Shown here piece after piece: positions 28,426-37,200 of a DNA stretch of 64,000 nucleotides; positions within the stretch are counted from its first letter, which is position 1; each line of letters opens with the position of its first letter. The translations under genes and the position numbers were made by a program. The notes beneath the pieces were generated by a model, which searched no databases, had not been told where the DNA came from, and saw nothing but the letters and a program-made list of their open reading frames with translations. Origin of the DNA: an uncultured virus (IMG/VR IMGVR_UViG_3300024507_000366) (Duplodnaviria; Heunggongvirae; Uroviricota; Caudoviricetes); the IMG/VR virus record IMGVR_UViG_3300024507_000366; one strand, written 5' to 3'.

Positions 28426-29587
28426 GCGTTACGCCCTTTCTTGTGGAGTTAAAATAGATAAGCCATTTATTTTGGAGCAGTATTATCCAATAGCCTTGGA
28501 CAAATACATTGTTTTTCAAACTAGCGGCAAGGGTAACTCCAGACAATACGATTACTGGCTAAAGGTTTTCCAATACATCAGAGAATATACCAAAGATTAT
28601 AAAATCGTTCACGTAGGGGTAGAAAGCGACCAAAGTGTTGCAGGAGTCGATCTTGATCTCAGGGGTAAGACCAGTATCAGACAGCTAGCATATCTTATTA
28701 AAAACAGTTGCTTATACCTTGGAATTGACAGTTTATCGACCCATTTGGCAGGACACTACGACAAGAAGATCGTCGCCCTGTATTCTTATTGCTATGCTCA
28801 GAACTGCTTTCCAATCTGGGGCAAGCGCCATAACCGCTCATTGATTGAGGTTAATTGGGCGGAACAAGGTAAACCTTCCTTCTCCCTAACCGAAAAGAAA
28901 AAGAATATTAATACAGTTAAGCCCGAGATCATCGCTAAGGCAGCTTTGGATCATCTTGGAGTAACTAACAACCTAGATCTGGTAAAAACTCTTTTTATTG
29001 GCGCGGAGTATCACAACCCAACCATAGAAGTTGTCCCCGACTCAACCAGCTATCCAATCTTTATCAAAGATAAAATCTGCAACGTCAGAATGGATTATCA
29101 TTTTGATGAGCAGAACCTAATGCGGCTAGCTAGTATCTGCAAAGTTAATATTGTTACTGCAAAAGAGATCAATATTAATATTTTAAATTCGATCAAAGCA
29201 AAAATTTGTGGTCTAAACGTCATCGCCAGCAATGATATCTCAGAAGAATACCTGACCAAAGTGAAGTCGTTAGGTATCAAATTGAATCTTTCGGCACCAT
29301 TTAATGACGAGTGGTCCGCGCTTTGTGAAAAATTCTTTGATTTTAAATTAGATAAGGACGAGGTTATCACCAAGTCCAGAATTAAAAATGCATCAGAAAT
29401 CGACGAATCTTGCAATTTTAATTCTGAAAAAATCATCTTTTCGGAAGGAAAAGTGTATTCGTGCAAACTTTTTTGGGAAAAGAAGCAGCCAAAGCTTGAC
29501 AGGTCAGCGAAAGTCGTAGATGATCAGGCATTCTGGCAGGAGTCAGATTACTTCTACATTTACAAAGATGAGCGACCAAACCTTTAA
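28412..29587 (+). CDS. GT9 C-terminal half plus unknown domain
   Basis: DLRGKTSIRQLAYLI...LGIDSLSTHLAG...IVALY. Confidence 0.7.
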   Translation: MHILERYALSCGVKIDKPFILEQYYPIALDKYIVFQTSGKGNSRQYDYWLKVFQYIREYTKDYKIVHVGVESDQSVAGVDLDLRGKTSIRQLAYLIKNSCLYLGIDSLSTHLAGHYDKKIVALYSYCYAQNCFPIWGKRHNRSLIEVNWAEQGKPSFSLTEKKKNINTVKPEIIAKAALDHLGVTNNLDLVKTLFIGAEYHNPTIEVVPDSTSYPIFIKDKICNVRMDYHFDEQNLMRLASICKVNIVTAKEININILNSIKAKICGLNVIASNDISEEYLTKVKSLGIKLNLSAPFNDEWSALCEKFFDFKLDKDEVITKSRIKNASEIDESCNFNSEKIIFSEGKVYSCKLFWEKKQPKLDRSAKVVDDQAFWQESDYFYIYKDERPNL

Positions 29588-30338
29588 TAAACCAACTCTC
29601 CGCGATAGTCGCGGTTTTCTTTCCAACGTTAACTACATTCTAAATAAGGATGGCACAGTCAACTGGCGCGCAATGGTGAATCCGGCGCACCTGTATCCCA
29701 ACAAGGACTGGTTTGAGCGTAGAAACCGCCCTGTGCCAGAGGCTTATACTCCAGATCTCAGAGATGAGCAGCTTCTTATCAAGCTTGGCGGCATCAAGGA
29801 AGTTGCAAAGCTTCGCGGATATAATAGAATCACCTTTGCTTTCCCAAAGCTTGAAAAAGATTATGTCGTCGCCACTTGCACAATCGATTGGATGACTAAT
29901 CAAGAATCCACGAATCCAATTGCTGGAGAAGACGCTTGGGAATCTCTAAGCACGATGGATGTAGCTAATGCTACTTACGATAATACCGATGGCTTTGGCC
30001 AGAAGTTTCTTGAGACAATCGCCGCAAATCGCGCCTTTGTTCGCACAGTCCGCAACTTCCTTGGTATTCATATCGTTGGCGAGGATGAAATCTCTAAGAA
30101 GCCAATCACCGCCGCCGCATCTTCTAGCAACAGCGATGTTTCTCCTCAAGCTATTCTTGAAAAGAAGTTCGCCGCCAGTAATGAAGGCTCTGAGTTCTCA
30201 GACTTCAAGAATTGGCTGCGTCAGCTTTGGGTTGACGAGACTTATCGCAACGAAGACGCAAAGAACTGGAAGAGTTGGTCTGATGTTCCTGCAAAGGAAG
30301 CCCGTACCCTTATCAAGCAGCTTGCAAAGTCAGAATGA
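29568..30338 (+). CDS. Rad52/Sak-like single-strand annealing protein
   Basis: VVATCTI...ANAT...ETIAANRAFVRTVRNFLGI. Confidence 0.5.
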   Translation: MSDQTFNKPTLRDSRGFLSNVNYILNKDGTVNWRAMVNPAHLYPNKDWFERRNRPVPEAYTPDLRDEQLLIKLGGIKEVAKLRGYNRITFAFPKLEKDYVVATCTIDWMTNQESTNPIAGEDAWESLSTMDVANATYDNTDGFGQKFLETIAANRAFVRTVRNFLGIHIVGEDEISKKPITAAASSSNSDVSPQAILEKKFAASNEGSEFSDFKNWLRQLWVDETYRNEDAKNWKSWSDVPAKEARTLIKQLAKSE

Positions 30339-30805
30339 CCAAGAGAATAATCAACGCTAGCGAACTGCGGAAGATCCTTCTGAAAATGAAGGATAGTCAG
30401 CATTTAGAAAAGATTTTAAATAAGCAGAGTCACGTTGCTGGCAAATGGGATATTGACCATTTGATCGAGCAGCTTGTTCAGCTTGTTCTTGTCTTTAAAC
30501 AGAATGCGGTTGTAGTTTGCCACTTTGATGGCGACAAGCCAACCTCTCTGTTCGCTGGCTTGATCTCAGAAGATTGGGCGTGTGGAAAATTAGGCTTGAC
30601 TGAAATCATTTGGGTTTCAGTCGAGCCGTCAATGTTTGGCGGTTTTAGAATTTTACAAGAGGTCGAGAAAATTATTGTCCATCAAAAGATTGACTTCTTG
30701 TCGATGAACTATATGTGTAATGGTGGAGATCCGAGAATTCAGCAGTTTTTGATGAATAACGGATTTCGCTTGGATACACTTTCTTTCGTCAAGAACTATA
30801 AATAG
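30335..30805 (+). CDS. GNAT-fold acetyltransferase-like protein
   Basis: EIIWVS...GFRIL..VE...QFLMNNGF. Confidence 0.5.
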   Translation: MTKRIINASELRKILLKMKDSQHLEKILNKQSHVAGKWDIDHLIEQLVQLVLVFKQNAVVVCHFDGDKPTSLFAGLISEDWACGKLGLTEIIWVSVEPSMFGGFRILQEVEKIIVHQKIDFLSMNYMCNGGDPRIQQFLMNNGFRLDTLSFVKNYK

Positions 30806-30877
30806 TTCTTGACAAAGGTTTTTAGTTCCAAACCCTAATGTCTGATATGTAAAATATCTTACCTATTTTTACTTTCT

Positions 30878-33181
30878 ATGAAAAAGCAAATGACTGTTAA
30901 GAAGAGAAGCGGCGAAATGGAAAAGTTTGACGCTGACAAAATCAATAGAGTTTTAGCTTGGGCCTGTCAGGGTATTCCAGACACTTCCTTTGAGGAGGTT
31001 GGTATGAACGCCAACCTGTCTTTTTTTGACGGAATCTCGTCGAAGGATATTCACAATACAATGATCGAGACCGCAGCTAATTTGATTTCTGAGGAAAAGC
31101 CTCAGTATCAATATGTTGCGTCGCGCCTTTTAAATTACCATCTTCGCAAGGAAGTTTGGGGCGGCAAGAATGCTCCAAAGCTCATCGACTTTGTAAAAGA
31201 CAATATTAAAAATAAAGTCTACGATCCAGAGATTTTAAATTGGTACGATGAGCGTGAGTGGCATAAGCTGGATGAGGCTCTGAAGCACGACCGCGATTTT
31301 AATTTCACATATGCTGGCATCAAGCAGCTTTGTGAAAAGTATCTTGTTCAGAACAGAACCACAAAGAAACTTTATGAGACTCCGCAGTTCGCTTATATGC
31401 TGATTGCGATGACTTTGTTCAAGGATTACAAAGGCGAGCGAATTAATTATATTAAAAAGGCTTATAATTACTTCAGTCTTCACAAGATCAATCTGCCGAC
31501 TCCAATTATGGCAGGCGTCAGAACCACTCTGAAGTCTTATGCTTCTTGCGCCCTGTTTACTGTAGACGATACTCTTGAGTCCATCTTCGCAAACAATAGC
31601 GCTATCGGTTTTGCGACTGGCAACCGTTATGGCATTGGCATCAATGCAAGTCGTATTCGTGCCGTAAACTCGCCCGTCAAGGGCGGAATGGTCAGCCACA
31701 CTGGCCCCATTCCTTTCTTGAAGATGTTTGAGTCTACCGTAAAGTCCTGCCATCAGAACGGCATTCGCGGAGGCTCTGCAACAGTCAATGTTGCTTGGTT
31801 CCATCACGACATCGAAGAAATTCTCGTCCTCAAGAACAATGCTGGTACAGATGATAATCGCGTTCGTAAGCTCGACTACTGCATTGGTTTTGATCGTGTT
31901 TTCTATGATCGCCTAATCAAGAATGAACCAGTTACGCTATTCTCTTATCACGAAGTTCCCGAGCTTTGGAACTATTTCGGAATGCCAGAGTTCAAGGATA
32001 TTTATGAGGCGGCAGAAAAGACGAAGAGTATTAAGTTTAAAAAGACAGTAAATGCTCGCGAGCTTTTCTATCTGTTCTCCAAAGAGAGAGTTGAGACTGG
32101 CCGTATTTATCTGATGAATGTTGACCACGCCAACACTCACGGCTCTTGGAAGGCACAGGTCGATACTAGCAACCTTTGCCTTGAGGTAAACCATCCTCTG
32201 AAGGCGATTAAGGATCTTAACGATCCAAACGGTGAAATTGGCGTGTGTATCCTGTCTGCCGTTAACCTCCTTGAGGTCGATAAGAACGAGATGGACTCTG
32301 TGTGCGAGATCATTGTCCGAATGCTCGACTCTTTGATTGATCACCAAAACTACTTTGTTCCCGCTGCCGCAAACTTTGCCAAGAATCGCCGTAGTCTTGG
32401 TGTTGGCGTCACTAACCTTGCTGGTTACCTCGCTGATCTTGGCGTAAAGTATACCGACAAGGAAGCTGCTAACGAAGCCGCCAAGATTATGGAGCTTGTC
32501 AGTTTTAATCTGATTAAGGCTTCAGTAAAGATGGCAGAGGAGTTTGGCGCCTGCAAACTGTTCTCCGAAACTAAGTTCGCTGATGGAATCCTGCCAATCG
32601 ATACTTACTGCAAGAATATTGATGAGTTCGTGACCGAGAAGCTGCATTGCGATTGGGAAGGTTTGCGTAAGGACATCAAGAAGCACGGGATGCGTCACAG
32701 CACTCTGACCGCGCTGATGCCTGTCGAAAGCAGTTCTGTAATCCAGTCGTCTACCAATGGTATCGAGCCCCCTCGTTCACTGATCTCATACAAGCGGTCA
32801 AAGGCTGGTGTTATTCCGGTTGTTGTTCCTCATATGAAGAAGAACAAGGACAAGTATACCCTTGCATTTGAAATGCCCAACAACTCTGGTTACCTCAAGG
32901 TTGTTGCGGCTCTTCAGAAGTTCGTCGATATGAGCATCTCGACTAATCTTTACTACAATACCACTCGCTACACTAATAAAATTCCAAGTCAAGGCGAACT
33001 CGTTGGCGATTTAATGCTCGCCTACAAGTATGGAATTAAAAATCTTTATTATACAAACAGCTTTGATGGCGACACTCAGACTGCATTAAATACAGTTAAA
33101 CAAGAACCAAAACAAGTAAGCCAACCAGAAGAAGCTCAAGACGATACTCAGGGCTGCGCTGGCGGAGCTTGCACTCTATAA
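30878..33181 (+). CDS. nrdA: Ribonucleotide reductase class Ia alpha (with ATP cone)
   Basis: VKKRSG, ETPQF, PTPIMAG, ASC, SNLCLE, VCILSA, MPVESSS, LYY, C-terminal CAGGAC. Confidence 0.97.
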   Translation: MKKQMTVKKRSGEMEKFDADKINRVLAWACQGIPDTSFEEVGMNANLSFFDGISSKDIHNTMIETAANLISEEKPQYQYVASRLLNYHLRKEVWGGKNAPKLIDFVKDNIKNKVYDPEILNWYDEREWHKLDEALKHDRDFNFTYAGIKQLCEKYLVQNRTTKKLYETPQFAYMLIAMTLFKDYKGERINYIKKAYNYFSLHKINLPTPIMAGVRTTLKSYASCALFTVDDTLESIFANNSAIGFATGNRYGIGINASRIRAVNSPVKGGMVSHTGPIPFLKMFESTVKSCHQNGIRGGSATVNVAWFHHDIEEILVLKNNAGTDDNRVRKLDYCIGFDRVFYDRLIKNEPVTLFSYHEVPELWNYFGMPEFKDIYEAAEKTKSIKFKKTVNARELFYLFSKERVETGRIYLMNVDHANTHGSWKAQVDTSNLCLEVNHPLKAIKDLNDPNGEIGVCILSAVNLLEVDKNEMDSVCEIIVRMLDSLIDHQNYFVPAAANFAKNRRSLGVGVTNLAGYLADLGVKYTDKEAANEAAKIMELVSFNLIKASVKMAEEFGACKLFSETKFADGILPIDTYCKNIDEFVTEKLHCDWEGLRKDIKKHGMRHSTLTALMPVESSSVIQSSTNGIEPPRSLISYKRSKAGVIPVVVPHMKKNKDKYTLAFEMPNNSGYLKVVAALQKFVDMSISTNLYYNTTRYTNKIPSQGELVGDLMLAYKYGIKNLYYTNSFDGDTQTALNTVKQEPKQVSQPEEAQDDTQGCAGGACTL

Positions 33182-33185
33182 AAAT

Positions 33186-34241
33186 ATGAAAACCGTACTT
33201 AACACAGTTAATCTCGATTCACTTAAACAGCCTCTATTTCTTGGCGAAGACTTGGCAATTCAGCGGTATGATCGACTGAAGTATCCCAAGTTTTACGAAC
33301 TATACGACCAGCAGATTAACTTCTTCTGGCGTCCACAGGAAGTAAATCTAACTAAGGATGCGGCAGATTACAAGACGCTCTCTCCCGAAGAGAAGTTTGT
33401 CTTCGATAGCAATCTGCGCTTTCAGACAATGACTGACTCTATGCTGAGTCGCAGCATCAACTCTCTCTCTAAGTACGTAAGTAACCCAGAGCTTGAGATT
33501 TGTATGAATGTCTGGTCATTCTTTGAGACTGTTCATAGCAACAGCTATACATACATCCTGCAAAACGTTCACCCAGATGCCACCAAGTTCTTTGATTCTA
33601 TCTTAGAGGACAAGGAGATCGTTAAACGCGCACAGGCGATCTCTAATCGCTATGACGCCCTGCTGAATACCAAGAGCGACGATCCTCGTCAGCAGATCTT
33701 TGAGGCTCTGCTGGCTACCCAAATCACAGAAGGTGTCACCTTCTATGTTTCATTTGCCTGCTCATTCTACTTTGGTTATCGCGGTAAGATGGAAGGTAAC
33801 GCCAAGATCATCAATCTTATCTCCCGAGACGAGAATCTGCACGTAGCCATTAGCCACAATATCTTGAAGATTCTGCGCGATCAACCCAAGGAAGGCTTTC
33901 AAGATATTGTCAAGAAGAATGAAGATCGTATCTACGAGGCTTACAAGATGGCAGTTGAGTCAGAAAAGGATTGGGCCGACTATCTATTCTCCAAGGGCAA
34001 CCTTGTGGGCCTTACCTCTGATTCGCTCAAGCACTATGTTGAGTGGCTGGCGGACAATAGACTGACATCGATGGGTTATAAAAGAATTTATAATACCAAG
34101 TCTAATCCACTTGCTGGCTGGCTTGACAGCTTCTATGACAGTAAGAAGATTCAGGTTGCCCCACAGGAGACCGAGATCTCTTCTTACGTCAAGGGAGTAG
34201 ACAGCAAGATCGATGAGTCAGTGTTTGATATCAAGTTCTAA
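33186..34241 (+). CDS. nrdB: Ribonucleotide reductase class Ia beta
   Basis: FFWRPQE, ETVHSNSY, EGVTFYVSF, RDENLH, VAPQETEISSY. Confidence 0.97.
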   Translation: MKTVLNTVNLDSLKQPLFLGEDLAIQRYDRLKYPKFYELYDQQINFFWRPQEVNLTKDAADYKTLSPEEKFVFDSNLRFQTMTDSMLSRSINSLSKYVSNPELEICMNVWSFFETVHSNSYTYILQNVHPDATKFFDSILEDKEIVKRAQAISNRYDALLNTKSDDPRQQIFEALLATQITEGVTFYVSFACSFYFGYRGKMEGNAKIINLISRDENLHVAISHNILKILRDQPKEGFQDIVKKNEDRIYEAYKMAVESEKDWADYLFSKGNLVGLTSDSLKHYVEWLADNRLTSMGYKRIYNTKSNPLAGWLDSFYDSKKIQVAPQETEISSYVKGVDSKIDESVFDIKF

Positions 34242-37200
34242 TTACTCAACATAGAGGCTACTACCTCTTGGGTCGTACCATTCACTATCCGCCCTGATGA
34301 TGTCACCTCTCTCACCGGGGCGGATAACTGAAATTTCTTGTCCGTCTGAGTTTGTAACATAAATATCCTTATCTCCTCTATTAAGAATGGAGACAGAAGC
34401 TCCTTCCGTGATATCGGCAGGAAGGACAAATGTAGAGTCTGTTGCAGGATCTACAACAAGAACTTGGTTTAGTTGATTTTCTACGATAGGAACTGGGACT
34501 TCAACTCTTTTTACTAAACCGCCAGTGCCAGTAACAAGTACGCCATTATAATCAAATTCTACGCCTACTGCTGGATTTGTAGTTACGCCAATCGCAGTCC
34601 AGTTTATATTTCCAACTGTAAGAATTTGATATCTAAATCCTCTAATTAATGAGGAAGATGTTGGCGCAAATTCAACTGTTTCGTTTCTTCCTCCATTTAC
34701 AGAAACTGTTTGTATTGGCCCAGAAACCCTCTCTATAGGCAAGGATTCAAGATATCCACTGACTACATCAGAGATTTCTCCCGCCCCGAAGTCATCCCAA
34801 GGTACAAATTTAAAATAGTACCAAACTCCTGTTTGTAATCCATTTGAAAGCCTTATTTCATTGAGATAAGATCTTGTTCTATAAAGACTTGGATGCTTGT
34901 ACAGATTGCTATTACCAAGAATATCTGGCTGAAAATCAGAAGTGTCGCCAGTATAAACATCAACTGACCAAACGTCTTTATTTGAAATTGACGAGTAGCA
35001 ATTAAAAATAATTTCACCCTTTGAAATTTCTTCAGTCAGAACCGTAAAGCTTATGCCTGAAAATCCTGTTTGATTTGTCCCAGTTATTTCTGACAGATTT
35101 GAAAGACCTAGTGGATTACCAAGTGTTCTTGGAATTTCGCGCCCTTCTCCAGATCCATATTCGACATAGTGTCCAGATCCCCAAACTTCTCTTGGGATCG
35201 ATCTGTCTACATTTGCATTATAATATTTATCTAGGTCATCGTAGGCATAGACATAAGCCTTGAAGTCTTTTTCTCCAGAACCTTGATAATTAATATTAAT
35301 ACCGTTATATGTCGGAACGGAGGTTGTACCTGTACCATTTAAGCCAGTTGCACTTTTGAATGCCCCAGAAATATCTTGGAATAAAATCTCACGCTCTTCA
35401 TCCTCGCTTCTTAGAAGCGCATTTGTTGCATAGTTTCTAAGACCAGATCCAAGAATACCTTGGGCGCCGCTTCCCCAGAAAGCTAACCCAGTGAAATTTT
35501 TGTTGCCAAAGAATCCAGACAGGATATAATACGGAGAATTCTGATAGGAATCAATAACATCTATTCTTGAATAGTGCGGCTTTACATTGTAAGCATAAAA
35601 GTTTCCTGTTTTTGAAAGATTGGTATTGTCAGTTACAACGACTCTCAGTCCCAGATTCCTATCTCCATAGATATTTTGATAATCAGTTGTTTCTCTGCTT
35701 GTCAGTCTCTTATTCTCTTCTTGTGTAATTGTGTAAGAAAATCTATCATATGCTTTGATTGGAGCAGTTAAAGCCTGACCGGCCTCATCAAGGACTTGAA
35801 CTGAGATATTTGGCGGCAAATCGACAAACGGATTTGCTAGCATTTTTTCGACTGAATCTATAATCCCGCCTGTTGGATCTATGTATTTCCATCTAAAAGT
35901 TAAGTCTTTAGATGTGAAATTGCCTTTCCCCAAGCCAGCCATAACGCCGCCACCAACGTGATAAATAGAATAATCCAAGCTGCTTGTATCTGCCGTATCA
36001 ATTGTAAAACCGCTTGGAATAGTCGAGGTTATTGTATAACCGCCAGCACCAGTAATGGTCGCTTGAGGCAGAACCATTACTCCGGTCGAAGCCGCGCCGT
36101 TTGACAAAAATTTATAAATGGATGAACTTATTGAATATACGTCAACGTCAAATTGGCCCCAAGTTTCACGGATCGGGATTGTCAATGAGGTTGTGCCAGA
36201 TGGGGCAAAATAAGGTTCAACTATGGCATCATTTTCTATGGAAGTAGTTGAATAGTCTGGTCTGCTAACATATATTTTATAACCACTTATTGGGCTGGCG
36301 CTAGCCTGCCAAGATATATTTAAACCTGTTGGCACTGAGCCACTTAGAGTAACGCCGGTTGAAGTTATTCTTGCTGGCGCTTCTGGCTTAATGACGATAT
36401 CGTATGGAGACTGCACATAAACAGAAGGAGATGTGTCAAGAATATCCCTTTCGACAAAATCCTGTTTTTCTTTTAAATACTCAATTCCAACTACTGAATA
36501 TAGATTAGCCTCTTCTTCTTTTACTCCGATAGTTTTGTATAGCTTGGGCTCAACACCAGAGCCGCTTAAAACATACAGACTTCCTTCCTGAACGCTAGTA
36601 AGATTTTTAGGCAAGGTGTCCACATCAAGATCATAAAATCCTCTTGGATATCCAGTTCCGATCACTAAGCCGCTGTACCCAAGTCCGTTGCTTTCTGCAA
36701 GGTTTGCGATGTCAGACTGACCTAATGTTCCACCTCCGACATAAACATCGATATCAAGGGCAGCAAACGCAGAAGAAATGTGAGATGAAGTTAGGGTGGT
36801 ATTTAAATAAACTTTAGAAGATCCATAAAAATCTTTAGGAAAGCCAATGGTGGAATATCCTAAATTATTGCCAATTGCCCATTTCGATCTTGCTGTGCTG
36901 CCAGCGTCATAATCGCTAGTAAACAATTGGGAAGATCTTTCGTGAGATCTTGTGCAGACATATGGAACGGATACGCCTGCGTTTGTCACCTTTACTTTAT
37001 TGCCGACCGAGTATGCTCTGCCCGCCTCCCATTCGGGAAACACAGACTCTTGCCTATTTCCTACGTCAGCCTGAACAATAGTATAAAACGGACGGAGTCT
37101 TGAAAATGCCAACAAATCTCTGTAAGTAAATTTTATCTTACCAGTTTCAGAATTACCCTTCGAAGCTCTCTCAAGAATTCTGTATCCATTTTTAACAAAT

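Noticed and set aside
30809..30877. Promoter for nrdA (TTGACA at 30809; ATGTAAAA at 30847)
   Set aside because: There is no acceptable -10 at 16-18 nt and the late motif is imperfect; too weak to call.
9847..34241. Inteins or introns in dnaB, dnaE or nrdAB
   Set aside because: Lengths are normal or short, with no C...HN/C-S-T splice motifs or LAGLIDADG inserts seen.
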